A stretch of DNA of 64,000 nucleotides from Candidatus Heimdallarchaeota archaeon (GTDB lineage Archaea > Asgardarchaeota > Heimdallarchaeia > Hodarchaeales > Hodarchaeaceae). Location: contig CP070695.1 in the NCBI GenBank assembly GCA_020353515.1, positions 3,774,277 through 3,838,276 on the forward strand, read 5' to 3'. Both the position numbers and the translations under genes were made by a program. The notes beneath the pieces are model-generated. The model was not told where the DNA came from. It worked only from the letters and a program-made list of their open reading frames with translations, and did not search any database. This document shows, piece by piece, positions 49,368-59,711 of the stretch. Position 1 is the first letter of the stretch. Each line of letters begins with the position of its first letter.

Positions 49368-50183
49368 TTGGTAATAAAACATAACAATAAAGATTCGGTC
49401 TTATTAGGGAAGATTTTTATTAGTATATTCATTGTATTGACTATAGGAGTTATTTTTGCGGTATTATATTTTGGAATCAATATTGGAATGGAATTATATC
49501 AGTTTGTATATCGATTTTATGATGAATTTGGCATTCTTGGGATAAATATTGGAGTTTTCATTATCAGTATTTTTGGTAATTTTACAATTATTTTCCCTGT
49601 TCCATACCTCTTCGCCCTTATTCTCATTAGTCTTCTACCAGATATTCACAATAATCCATTAATGCTTCTGCTTCTTGGTTTTTCTGCGGGTTTAGGAGCA
49701 TCAATTGGTGAACTTACAGCATGGATCCTGGGTAGAGCAGGAGAAAAGACACTAAAGGAATCATCAAAATTAGAGAAAATGAATCAATGGGTAGAAAAAG
49801 GATATGCCCCTTTTCTGATTTTTCTCTTTGCAGCAACACCGCTACCTGATGATGCCTTCATGGTGGTATTAGGTCTGGCAAATTATACGTTGTGGAAAGT
49901 ATTATTATTCTGTTTCATAGGAAAAGTAACTTTGACATGTACAACCGCTTTTATAGCTTCTACAGCCAGCGAAACAACTCTGGGCCAGTTCTTTTTCAAA
50001 CTTTATGGCATCGATTTGAAGATGATAGAAACAGGCGTGATTCAACCAACTTCCTTCATCGAGATAGTGCTTAGCACTGTAACTTGGATTCTCACGACAT
50101 TATTAATCGCTGGATTTATTCTTATAGATTGGAATGAAACGTATAACAAAATAACAAAATTTCTGAAACGAGAACATGTTTAA
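49368..50183 (+). CDS. DedA/VTT (SNARE-associated) family membrane protein
   Basis: FPVPY, GASIGELTAWILGR, FAATPLPDD. Confidence 0.88.
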   Translation: MVIKHNNKDSVLLGKIFISIFIVLTIGVIFAVLYFGINIGMELYQFVYRFYDEFGILGINIGVFIISIFGNFTIIFPVPYLFALILISLLPDIHNNPLMLLLLGFSAGLGASIGELTAWILGRAGEKTLKESSKLEKMNQWVEKGYAPFLIFLFAATPLPDDAFMVVLGLANYTLWKVLLFCFIGKVTLTCTTAFIASTASETTLGQFFFKLYGIDLKMIETGVIQPTSFIEIVLSTVTWILTTLLIAGFILIDWNETYNKITKFLKREHV

Positions 50184-50193
50184 GTGTTAAAAA

Positions 50194-51174
50194 TTATTTT
50201 AATTCTGGAATAAGATTGGGAGGTTGGTCTCCTCGTTCTATTGCTAGAATATTATCTGCTACCATTTTGGCCATTGCATTACGTGCTTGAGTCGTTGCAG
50301 ACCCAATATGTGGAGTCAAAACAACGTTCTTCAATTCTCTTAGCTCAGTAGGAATAGAGGGTTCGTCATAAAATACATCTAATGCCGCTCCTGCAATTAC
50401 TTTGTTTTTTAAAGCATTAATGAGTACTTTTTCATTAATCACTTTCCCACGAGCAGTGTTAATTAGATATGCAGAGGGTTTCATAATCTCGAATTCACGT
50501 TCAGAAATTAAGTGGTGAGTTTCTGATGTATAAGGAACATTTATACTTATTATATCTGCTTCCTTAAGAACATCTTTAAGGTTTTCCTTGAAGACTAAGT
50601 TATATTCAGCTTCAATACTATGTTTCCGAGTTCGGGAATGATAGAGAACTCTCATATCAAAACCATAAGCTCTTTTCGCCACCGCAGTTCCGATACGTCC
50701 GAGACCGATAATCCCAAGAGTTTTTCCAGTGATTTCAAATCCAAGTAAATATTTGGGTAACCATCCTGGGAATTTGTTATCACGACAAATAGTATCTCCC
50801 TCAACAATCCTACGTGTTACTGTGAGGATCAATCCCCAAACAAGATCAGCAGTCGCGTTTGTTAACACGTCAGGAGTATTAGTTACAAGAATGTTTCTTT
50901 TTTTTGCAGAATTAATATCAATATTATTATATCCAACTGCATAGTTTGCAATTCCCCGAAGTGATGGAGCTAAATCCATCAAATCTTCAGTTATATCTAC
51001 AGAGAGAAGTGGTATAAGAAAATCGGCAGTTGGGAGTAGCTCTTGCAATTGAGATTTAATCGAAATGGTTTCATCTAAAATCTTTATATCCATAGATTTC
51101 TTTAAGATATTTAGACCTGTTTCAGGGATTGAATGTGTGCATAGCACTAGTGGACGTGAATTCATCATAATCAC
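50194..51174 (-). CDS. gyaR: D-2-hydroxyacid dehydrogenase (glyoxylate reductase / D-glycerate dehydrogenase)
   Basis: AVGYNNID, NTPDVLT, GLGRIG, INTARG, TPHIGSAT. Confidence 0.88.
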   Translation of the reverse strand: MIMMNSRPLVLCTHSIPETGLNILKKSMDIKILDETISIKSQLQELLPTADFLIPLLSVDITEDLMDLAPSLRGIANYAVGYNNIDINSAKKRNILVTNTPDVLTNATADLVWGLILTVTRRIVEGDTICRDNKFPGWLPKYLLGFEITGKTLGIIGLGRIGTAVAKRAYGFDMRVLYHSRTRKHSIEAEYNLVFKENLKDVLKEADIISINVPYTSETHHLISEREFEIMKPSAYLINTARGKVINEKVLINALKNKVIAGAALDVFYDEPSIPTELRELKNVVLTPHIGSATTQARNAMAKMVADNILAIERGDQPPNLIPELK

Positions 51175-52292
51175 TCATCATTCAGATATTTCTGTACTTC
51201 TCCAATATCATCAAATCTTAAAATCTCCATATCACGGTTTTTACAGAATTCCTGCAACATAAAATTAAGTTTAGTAGCGTTTTTTTCAATTTTTTGGAAA
51301 TCTTTTTTGGATATTCCCTCCATAAGATTAGGCAGCATTAATTTAAGGTAAAATGTTTTGATTTCCTCAAAGAAGTTGAAATTATCAACATCTACAATTT
51401 GGTTTCCTTCATAATGAGCAAGCTCCTCAGCAATCCATATTTGGAGTTCCGTTGCAGCATAACTAACTGCGAGTATATCTTTTTTATTACAAGCTGATAG
51501 GATCTTATTGACGTATGCTTTCATGCTGATATAATTGTTACAGGTTTTATCTTCTGTAGTTTCATCTATAACAATATTCTGCTGTTTTTTCAATATCATT
51601 TCTCGCATTCCCATCATCAATTCCCGTCCTAAATCCACCATTTCAACAAAGTTATCCGTAGTGCTGAGAGCTGTGACTAGATTTTGATAATTATCGGGTA
51701 ATGATGAGAAATGGAAAGCCTCATGTAGATTAGACCCCCAATTTTTCATCAAAAAGGAATTGTTAGCAAGAGAAAGGTTCCTAACCGTTTTATTTATGAG
51801 TTGCCATGCAGCCCAACGTGCGGAGAGTAGATCAGAATTTTTTTGTGCAATCTTTATTTCTTCAAGGTGAGAATATCCTGAATTAAAATCTGCCATTATT
51901 TGTTTAAGATTATCTTCTTCCTTTCGTTGGGTTTCTATGATTAATAAGTTAAAACGAATTTTATCAGAATTAGATCTAGAATATAAAATCTTACCTTTAG
52001 TAAATAATGCAGCTGATACAGCCCATGGACTCCTATTCTCTTTTCCTAAAGCCATCGTTTCAGCTTGTTTCCAATCCATTTTCCAAAAATCTACTGTATG
52101 GCCTTGGAAGATAAATTCCCAAGGAAGATCAGTATCTTCATTATCATCAACAATTGCGTACATGTCGAGATCAGAGAATTTATTATCCTTTTCTCGAGCA
52201 GTTGAACCGTATAGAACAATTATAGCGATTTTATCAGGATTTCGTCTCACAGCTTGGTTTTTAAGACATTCAGATAATTCTAATAGTGTCAT
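51171..52292 (-). CDS. Kanamycin nucleotidyltransferase-like Pol-beta nucleotidyltransferase
   Basis: YGSTAREKDNKFSDLDM (GS..DxD) followed by helical C-terminal domains. Confidence 0.72.
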   Translation of the reverse strand: MTLLELSECLKNQAVRRNPDKIAIIVLYGSTAREKDNKFSDLDMYAIVDDNEDTDLPWEFIFQGHTVDFWKMDWKQAETMALGKENRSPWAVSAALFTKGKILYSRSNSDKIRFNLLIIETQRKEEDNLKQIMADFNSGYSHLEEIKIAQKNSDLLSARWAAWQLINKTVRNLSLANNSFLMKNWGSNLHEAFHFSSLPDNYQNLVTALSTTDNFVEMVDLGRELMMGMREMILKKQQNIVIDETTEDKTCNNYISMKAYVNKILSACNKKDILAVSYAATELQIWIAEELAHYEGNQIVDVDNFNFFEEIKTFYLKLMLPNLMEGISKKDFQKIEKNATKLNFMLQEFCKNRDMEILRFDDIGEVQKYLNDE

Positions 52293-52310
52293 TTTACTTC
52301 CACGTAGACA

Positions 52311-53867
52311 TTACACTTTTGAATAGACCTCTTCTCCTCCAACAATTGTACTTTCTATCAAACTATCATTTAACTTTTCTGGATCTAAATTAAAGGGTGA
52401 ATCTGATAAAATTACAAAATCTGCATATTTTCCAATAGCAATACTTCCGAGTTTGGATTCCATAAATAATGCTTGGGCATTACTGAGAGTATAAGCCTGA
52501 AGTGCTTCCTTGACTGAAATTTTTACATCGGTCTTAGGAAAAGTTATAGCTTTTTGGATTCCATAGAAAGGAGAGAGAGGCATATTATCTGAACCAAAAT
52601 GAAGGGATAAACCATGTTGTAGAATGGTTGAGTATCGATTTAAGGTCATAAAACGTGCTTCTCCTAATCGTGTCTCGTAAAGTTCACCAGGGTACTCCCA
52701 TTTGAGGAAATTAGGCTGCATTGAAAGAAGAATCCCTAACTCTTTTGCCTTCTGAATTTGCACGTCAGTTATCATTTCAGCATGTTCAATCCGGTGTCTG
52801 CGAGACGATGAATTCTTCCCAGATTTCTTGATTCCCTTTTCATAACAATTAAGAAGCTTCTCTATAGCAAGATCCCCAATTGCGTGGATACAGAGAGTAT
52901 AATCATTTTCTTCTGCAAAGACAATCTGAGAAATAAGTTCATCTTCGTCCAAGAATTGGTCTCCTTTCCCTTCTGCATCTTGATACGAAAGACTGATCAA
53001 AGCCGTATGTGCCCCAAGAGCACCATCAAAAAAGCCTTTAAACCCTGAAAATCTCACTTTTGAGGAACCCCAATTTTGATTCATACCCAAAACTGAGAAC
53101 TCATTCATTAATTCCCGTGTTGGATTAAGAAAGATTCGGATTGGTAACTTATCTTCCAAATCTAGTCTGAAATAAGCATGCATCAAATTTTGTTGTCCTG
53201 ATGGCATAATTGTTAGATTATCAACTGCTGCTGTTATACCTTTTGTAGCTGCAATATAACAGGATTCATCTATGCTCTTAGGAATTTTTTCCTTATAATA
53301 CGAGGATAAATCTAACCAAACATCTTTCAAAATTCCTGTCAATTCTCCTGAAGGATCTTTTTCAAGACCAGGATGAGATTCAGGGATAGAAAGCTTTTCT
53401 AGAGCAAGAGAGTTTGCAACAACTAAATGACCATCTTCTCTATGTGTGTATAAAGGATTTTGAGGACTAATTTCATCGAGTGCCCTTTTTGTGAGAAATT
53501 CTTGACGATCCTTCCATTTAGATTCATCCCAGTTTGAAGCAAAAATCCATTCCCCAGGTTTCTTGGTTTTTGCCTCCTTCTCTAGGCGCTTAATAACTTC
53601 TTCATATGTCTGATAAGAACCTAAATCAATCGAAATAATATGAGCTTCTTTCCAGAGATGTGTATGAAGATCGATAAATCCTGGAATAATTGTCTTTCCT
53701 TCAACATCAAGCACAGAAATCGCTTTATCAATTATTTTTGATTTATCTTCACCTACATAGGTAAATTTATCAGCCTTAATCCCTATCATTTCTGCTGATT
53801 CTCTATTTGGATCCATTGTAACAATATTTGCATTGTATAGTACCCAATCATAGGACTGATCAGTCAT
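52311..53867 (-). CDS. Amidohydrolase (YtcJ-like, Amidohydro_3)
   Basis: PGFIDLHTH, KGFFDGALG, HAIGD, RIEHA, GSD. Confidence 0.92.
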   Translation of the reverse strand: MTDQSYDWVLYNANIVTMDPNRESAEMIGIKADKFTYVGEDKSKIIDKAISVLDVEGKTIIPGFIDLHTHLWKEAHIISIDLGSYQTYEEVIKRLEKEAKTKKPGEWIFASNWDESKWKDRQEFLTKRALDEISPQNPLYTHREDGHLVVANSLALEKLSIPESHPGLEKDPSGELTGILKDVWLDLSSYYKEKIPKSIDESCYIAATKGITAAVDNLTIMPSGQQNLMHAYFRLDLEDKLPIRIFLNPTRELMNEFSVLGMNQNWGSSKVRFSGFKGFFDGALGAHTALISLSYQDAEGKGDQFLDEDELISQIVFAEENDYTLCIHAIGDLAIEKLLNCYEKGIKKSGKNSSSRRHRIEHAEMITDVQIQKAKELGILLSMQPNFLKWEYPGELYETRLGEARFMTLNRYSTILQHGLSLHFGSDNMPLSPFYGIQKAITFPKTDVKISVKEALQAYTLSNAQALFMESKLGSIAIGKYADFVILSDSPFNLDPEKLNDSLIESTIVGGEEVYSKV

Positions 53868-54003
53868 TTGGTCTCACTTTCCTTTTTTTTTGACTTTAAG
53901 TGTTCTATTAAAAGTGGTTTTCTTTTTATCGAAGATTAGATGATTATACCTAAGTGGCTAAATGTAGAGAATTAATTCCTATTTCACCTCACAATCAATA
54001 GGC

Positions 54004-55062
54004 GTGAAGATAATCATGGCTAAAAAAGAAATTGATGACAGAATTGTTGAATTGGATATGGGACAGGGTGGGAAAAAAATGGATATTCTGTTAGATTTTA
54101 TTACAGAACGAATAAAGATTAAAAAGATCTTAGAAGGTGTTGGGGTTGAATCTTACGATGATGGTGCAATCATTCCATTTGAGGTTTCATCGAAGGATCT
54201 AGTTGTAACCACAGATTCATACACAGTTTCTCCTCTCTTCTTTCGAGGAGGTAATATCGGAACATTGGCAGCGGCAGGCACAATAAATGATCTATTAATG
54301 ATGGGAGCAAAACCCATTGCCATTACCTTAGCCTTAATCATTAAAGAGGGTTTTAAGTTTTCAGATTTAGGAACTATTATTGATACAATATCTGAAATTA
54401 CAGCAGAACATAATATTGCTATCGTAGCGGGTGATACAAAAGTATTACCTCAAAGTACAATGGTTGAGGCTGGAATGTTCATTAATACAACTGGGGTTGG
54501 AATTATCCCTGCAGGAAAACGAATCATGGATCGATTAATACACCCTGGTGACAAAATAATCGCTTCTGGCACGTTAGGAGATCATGGATTTGCTATGTTG
54601 GTAAGTCGGGAAGGAATTGAGCTTGAGACTACTCTCGGATCCGATGTGGCAGCATTAAGCTCGTTGATACTACCAATCCTCAAATATCGTGTTCATGCTA
54701 TGAAAGATCCAACAAGAGGAGGATTGACCGCGGTATTAGCAGAATGGGCTGTGAAATCATCAGTTTCTCTTTGGATTGAGGAGAGTGAAATACCGATTTC
54801 TGAAGAAGTCAGAGTTGTATCAGAAATCTTTGGTATTGATCCATTAAATGTTTCCTGTGAAGGAAAAGCAATAATTGCAATACATCCCGAGGATGCAGAT
54901 GTTGTCCTTCAAATCCTTAAATCCTCCCCGTTAGGTCAAGATGCAGCAATTATTGGTGAAGCTCGAGAAGAAAGACCTGGGAAAGTCCTTATGAAAACCA
55001 TCATTGGGGGTCATCGGATTCTAGATAAGCCAGTTGGGGAACCTATCCCCCGAGTCTGTTGA
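54004..55062 (+). CDS. hypE: Hydrogenase maturation protein HypE
   Basis: TTDSYTVSPLFF.GG.IG, GDTKV, KDPTRGG, C-terminal PRVC. Confidence 0.96.
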   Translation: MKIIMAKKEIDDRIVELDMGQGGKKMDILLDFITERIKIKKILEGVGVESYDDGAIIPFEVSSKDLVVTTDSYTVSPLFFRGGNIGTLAAAGTINDLLMMGAKPIAITLALIIKEGFKFSDLGTIIDTISEITAEHNIAIVAGDTKVLPQSTMVEAGMFINTTGVGIIPAGKRIMDRLIHPGDKIIASGTLGDHGFAMLVSREGIELETTLGSDVAALSSLILPILKYRVHAMKDPTRGGLTAVLAEWAVKSSVSLWIEESEIPISEEVRVVSEIFGIDPLNVSCEGKAIIAIHPEDADVVLQILKSSPLGQDAAIIGEAREERPGKVLMKTIIGGHRILDKPVGEPIPRVC

Positions 55063-55074
55063 TTAATTTCATCA

Positions 55075-55341
55075 TCAGCCTGTTGATGTTTTCTCCTCTT
55101 CTTGAAGTTTCCAAATTTCCTCCCACATCGCTAACGTTTCTTTAGCTTCTTCTGGCTCCATTTTAGAAACAGCATATCCTGTATGAATTAAAATCCAATC
55201 CCCAATTTTTATCTCTTCAGGCATCAAAGCTATACTAACTTCACGAGTAACTCCTTTTCCAAAATCAGCAATGATGACATCGTCACTAATAAATTTCTTA
55301 ACTTGCGCAGGAATTGCTAAACACATCTTAAACTTATACAA
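55075..55341 (-). CDS. hypC: Hydrogenase maturation chaperone HypC
   Basis: MCLAIPA, GDWILIHTGYA; true start at the MC dipeptide. Confidence 0.95.
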   Translation of the reverse strand: MYKFKMCLAIPAQVKKFISDDVIIADFGKGVTREVSIALMPEEIKIGDWILIHTGYAVSKMEPEEAKETLAMWEEIWKLQEEEKTSTG

Positions 55342-55431
55342 CCCTTCATTTGATCATATTAATGTTCATCTTCTTGTGGTTTAAATTTTCTGTTTTTCTT
55401 TCATAAATCCAGTAAGAAGTATATAATTAAA

Positions 55432-56211
55432 TTACTCTTGAGGTGAGTCTAATTCGTTGAGAATTGTTGTCACATCAATCTGTTCAAAATTAATTCTTAA
55501 AGAACGAAGTAAAGCCCCAAGCAATATTCCTGCGTACATTGGTAAATTCAGATATGTTATCCAGTCTATCAATTCCCATGTTACTACATCTAAAGATAGA
55601 TTATGTACTCCCTTGATCACAATCCATGAGAAACATGTTATAAATGTAAAGGCAGCACAACACGTTCCTAAGAGAAATATTAATTGCGTTAATTCTAGTA
55701 ATTTGAGTTCTTCTCCTTCAAATTGATCAAGAACGGAATTTATTCGTATAATTGCCCTGATAAAAATGTATAGAAGAGAAATAATGGCCAGAAAGTATAC
55801 TAATAGCTCTACGGTCAGAGAAATTTCTAATAAATAAATATCTGGTTTGATAGCAACTAGTGCAGCTGATCCAATGGCCGCACCAAAAACAGGTAACAAA
55901 TATCGTTCAATTTCTCGTGACCGATTGAGAAATGCTGATAGATAAGAATTTCCTACTTCAAGAAAAAGAAGCCAAATGACTATATTTGTGATTAGAAAGA
56001 GCTGGAGTTGAAACGATTGTGGAAGAAGAACTGCAATGAATAAAAGTACAAAAATCAATGTTCCCAGAAGAAAAGTAAAGGCAATATGAAGCATCGTTTT
56101 TTCTCCTTTCTGGCGATAATTTTTAAAAAATACCAGAAAATTCAGGAAAGCGAGTCCAGCTGTAAGGAGTAAAGGTAAAGCTAGGATTAATATTTCTAGT
56201 AAGCCACTCAT
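55432..56211 (-). CDS. Hypothetical ~7-TM membrane protein
   Basis: Seven hydrophobic segments; 4-nt overlap with the upstream gene. Confidence 0.75.
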   Translation of the reverse strand: MSGLLEILILALPLLLTAGLAFLNFLVFFKNYRQKGEKTMLHIAFTFLLGTLIFVLLFIAVLLPQSFQLQLFLITNIVIWLLFLEVGNSYLSAFLNRSREIERYLLPVFGAAIGSAALVAIKPDIYLLEISLTVELLVYFLAIISLLYIFIRAIIRINSVLDQFEGEELKLLELTQLIFLLGTCCAAFTFITCFSWIVIKGVHNLSLDVVTWELIDWITYLNLPMYAGILLGALLRSLRINFEQIDVTTILNELDSPQE

Positions 56212-56417
56212 TGATAATACTCCTCATGATTATTTTCATCAAGTCCTAATTCGTGGAATATCCTAGCAGCATAATCTTTTGCCCATAGTTCTGTTCTCTC
56301 CTCTAGAACCCTTGCGGCTAAAACACTAATTTTCAGATTCAAAATTTTGGCGTTTTTTTCAAGAATTTCTCTAGTTTTTTTATTGATTCTGATGGATAAT
56401 ACCGTAGTTCGTGACAT
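56208..56417 (-). CDS. Ribbon-helix-helix DNA-binding protein
   Basis: From ATG 56417: MSRTTVLSIRINKKTREILEKNAKILNLKISVLAARVLEE (strand-helix-helix). Confidence 0.7.
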   Translation of the reverse strand: MSRTTVLSIRINKKTREILEKNAKILNLKISVLAARVLEERTELWAKDYAARIFHELGLDENNHEEYYQ

Positions 56418-56494
56418 TTGAAAATCTCTCTTTATAAGTAAACTTTGTAAACGATGCAAACGGGGAGTTATCAAGTCATCTCTTAAATCTCTGC

Positions 56495-57499
56495 ATGGAA
56501 ATAATTTCTTCAATAATTGGACTAGGAGACTTTGTAAGAATGAGTGACCTTACTCTCAATTTAGAACCCGCACAAACACAGTTAAATCATTCTCTTATAA
56601 GCCGAATTCTTATTTGGATTCAAGCTCTCCGAGCACCCTTTTTCACGGCTTCAATTGTTCCCCTTGTATTGGGAATGGCTATTGCTTGGTATGAAACTAG
56701 GATTTTTGATCCTCTTTTAGGATTTCTAACTCTCCTTGCGGGTGTCGCAATTCACGCAGGAACGAACTTAATTAACGATTATTTTGATCAACCCACAGAT
56801 GATCTGAATCAAAATTTTTCCCCTTTCAATGGTGGCTCCCGAATGATTCAGAATAATGTTCTGGTACCACGTCAGATTCTAATTGCATCTGTAATCTGCT
56901 ATCTCGTAGGGGTTGTTACAGCTCTCTTTATTATCATATATACAGGCGGATTTTTATTGTTGCTCTTCTTAGCTATTGCAGTACTCTTAGGACTCTTCTA
57001 TACAGCTCTTCCTGTTCAACTTAGTTATCGGGGATTAGGTGAGATTGCGGTATTCGTTGGTTTTGGACCTCTTGGAGTTTTAAGTGCATTTTTCATTCAA
57101 TTAGGATATATTAATTGGGGATTATGTTTGATGGCTTCAATCCCGATTGCTTTCTTAATTGCAATGGTTTTGTTTCTTAATGAATTTCAAGATAGGGAAG
57201 CAGATCAAGAAGCTGGTAAAAAAACTCTTGTTGTCGTTTTAGGGAAGAGTTCAGGAATTAAAATCTATTTAACAGGCATGATCATTGCATATATCTTCCT
57301 TCTCGTTGGTATATTCTTTACAATATTTCCCTTATCATTATTATTACCTTTTATCACTCTTCCATTGGCAATTAAAGCAATATTGACTGCAACAGAAAAT
57401 TATCAACTGATCAAAGAGCTACAACCTGCCAATGCTATGACAATTCTCACTCATTTTATTTTTGGTATCATGATGGCATTGGCGTTCTTACTAGCATAG
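56495..57499 (+). CDS. menA: 1,4-dihydroxy-2-naphthoate prenyltransferase (UbiA family)
   Basis: LRAPFFTAS, NLINDYFD, GGSR, YRGLGE, NEFQDREAD..AGKKTL; likely start ATG 56540. Confidence 0.88.
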   Translation: MEIISSIIGLGDFVRMSDLTLNLEPAQTQLNHSLISRILIWIQALRAPFFTASIVPLVLGMAIAWYETRIFDPLLGFLTLLAGVAIHAGTNLINDYFDQPTDDLNQNFSPFNGGSRMIQNNVLVPRQILIASVICYLVGVVTALFIIIYTGGFLLLLFLAIAVLLGLFYTALPVQLSYRGLGEIAVFVGFGPLGVLSAFFIQLGYINWGLCLMASIPIAFLIAMVLFLNEFQDREADQEAGKKTLVVVLGKSSGIKIYLTGMIIAYIFLLVGIFFTIFPLSLLLPFITLPLAIKAILTATENYQLIKELQPANAMTILTHFIFGIMMALAFLLA

Positions 57500-57507
57500 A
57501 TCTTTCT

Positions 57508-59430
57508 TCATTCGAATAAATATCTAATGGTTTTTTGCTTTATATGGTCAGGAAACTCAGGAACCTCCCAATTAAGAATTGTTACTTCATCAGCTCTCTC
57601 GATTGAAGCATTTTTTGCCAATCCACTTTGAGCAAAGGACTTGAGAAGGTGAATTGCTGCACGATTCCCCATAATTAACTCAGTTACGAAACGTGTAACA
57701 CCTCGTTCAAGAGCTCTCTTTGTAAGGTACTCCAAAAAATATCTAGCTAGTCCCTTATTTCGGTATTTTTCATGAACTAGGAGAGAAATTTCGGCAGTTT
57801 GATTATCATAGAGGATGTAAAAATGGCCAGTTCCGATTATTTGTTCCGATGATATTGGCCCAAGAAAAGCTGCAATCCCCATATCACGAGAAAAATCAAT
57901 ATTTGCTTCTTTTTGTGCTTTTTCATGAGGTAGGGCTCTAATTGCGCTAAAATATCTGGAATATCTACTTTGATCGGATAGAGAATAAAAGAATGTTCGT
58001 AGTTTATCTTCATCGCTGGTTAAAATTGGTCTGATCCTAACCATGGGTCCATGTTTTAATGTAAAGTATTCTTGACAATCTAACGGGTACAACATGATAT
58101 CTGGGGGATCATTGTAGATTTGATCTTGATAACAATACCCATAATCCTTTGCTTTTTCCAATAGTTCTTTTCTAAATTTCGGATGTGCCAGTTCAATCAT
58201 GGCAAGAACCCGCTCTCTAAGAGTGGCACCGTGAAGATAAGCAATTCCGTATTCAGAAACTACATATTCAATGTCAGCTCGTGTGATGGCAACACCTGCC
58301 CCTGGAGATAAATGCGAAACAATTCTGGATTTTCTTCCGTCTCTAGATGTTGAGGGAAGAGCAATAATAACTTTACCACCTTCAGATCTTAAAGCTCCCC
58401 TGTGGAGATCCACTGCTCCTCCTATACCACTATAAAGGTAGTGACCTAAACTATCAGCTGCCACTTGACCTGTAAGATCGATTTCCAATGCAGAATTGAC
58501 TGTTACCATTCTAGGGTTCTTTGAGACAACCGTTGGGTCTAAAACATAATCTGATGTATAAAATTTGAAATTTGGGTTGTCATTAATTGCACTATATAGT
58601 CGCTGAGTTCCCAAACAAAACGCAGAGATTGTAGCTCCTTTATGAATGACTTTTTCGGAATTTGTTACAATCCTTTTTTCAATCAAATCTAAAACAGAAT
58701 CCGTAATCATCTCGGAATGGATACCCAAGTTTTCTCTATTTAGAAGATATTTTGGAACAGCATTTGGTACGTTACCAATACCAAAATGAAGAGTTGATCC
58801 ATCCTCTATTAATGTGGCGACATTTTTAGCAACACGTTCGATTTGCGGGGTTGTTAGCGGGGGAATCCACTCTTGTATTGGTGCTCGATTCTCTACCATG
58901 TAATCAATATCAGAGACATGAATTAGGCTATCTCCATGTGTCACAGGCATTTCAGGATTAATTTCTGCGATTACCAATTTGGCATTTTCAACTGCAGACT
59001 TAGTAATATCAACACTGATTCCTAGACTAATATATCCTGAATCATCTGGCATAGAAGTTTGAATTAACGCAACATCAATAGGAAGTAGTTGTTTTCGAAA
59101 TAACTCTGGGAGTTTTCTTGAGGAGACAGGAGTGTAATCCGCTCTTCCTGTTCTTACTGCATTTCTAATATTGTCAGTAATAAAGAAACTATTATAGCGG
59201 AATCGTTTTACATACTGTTCCTTGACGTAAGGAGCGGAACCAAAGGAGATTACATGATAAATCTCATTATCCTCGGTCCGAGTCTCCATGTTTGAGAGAT
59301 GAAGTATCAGCAACCGAGGTTGGGCACATCCTGTTCCAACGAAGATTCGATCTCCAGGTTTTATATGGGATAGTGCTGAATCAGGTGTAGTTATTTTGGC
59401 TTCATCTGCTTCAACTGGTTGATACAGCAA
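57508..59430 (-). CDS. Acetyl-CoA hydrolase/transferase fused to a GNAT domain
   Basis: GSTLHFGIG, LGIHSEM, SGIGGAVD, VVSEYGIA, AHPKFR; C-terminal GNAT YRNKGLA. Confidence 0.92.
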   Translation of the reverse strand: MLYQPVEADEAKITTPDSALSHIKPGDRIFVGTGCAQPRLLILHLSNMETRTEDNEIYHVISFGSAPYVKEQYVKRFRYNSFFITDNIRNAVRTGRADYTPVSSRKLPELFRKQLLPIDVALIQTSMPDDSGYISLGISVDITKSAVENAKLVIAEINPEMPVTHGDSLIHVSDIDYMVENRAPIQEWIPPLTTPQIERVAKNVATLIEDGSTLHFGIGNVPNAVPKYLLNRENLGIHSEMITDSVLDLIEKRIVTNSEKVIHKGATISAFCLGTQRLYSAINDNPNFKFYTSDYVLDPTVVSKNPRMVTVNSALEIDLTGQVAADSLGHYLYSGIGGAVDLHRGALRSEGGKVIIALPSTSRDGRKSRIVSHLSPGAGVAITRADIEYVVSEYGIAYLHGATLRERVLAMIELAHPKFRKELLEKAKDYGYCYQDQIYNDPPDIMLYPLDCQEYFTLKHGPMVRIRPILTSDEDKLRTFFYSLSDQSRYSRYFSAIRALPHEKAQKEANIDFSRDMGIAAFLGPISSEQIIGTGHFYILYDNQTAEISLLVHEKYRNKGLARYFLEYLTKRALERGVTRFVTELIMGNRAAIHLLKSFAQSGLAKNASIERADEVTILNWEVPEFPDHIKQKTIRYLFE

Positions 59431-59711
59431 AAACCACCTTGATGGAATATTTCAACTCGGTTTATATCTTATAATGTTAGTTTGAACAAGAATTTATTTG
59501 GGCTTTCTTATTCTTTTTTCGGATATAATTCAATTATTTCATAACTACTTCTTTTTTCAATTGTCATTTTAGGATAAGGTATTTTTTAACAATAGTTAAT
59601 GGCGAACTCCTTTATTCTGAGCGTTAGAGTTTTATACTTCGCATACCTATTTTTACAAAACCAATGATAAGATGTCTATGACTATTTCCAAAGGAAAGAA
59701 AGTGGTAAAGT

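Noticed and set aside
55432-56211. Rhodopsin
   Set aside because: No retinal-binding Lys motif in the seventh helix
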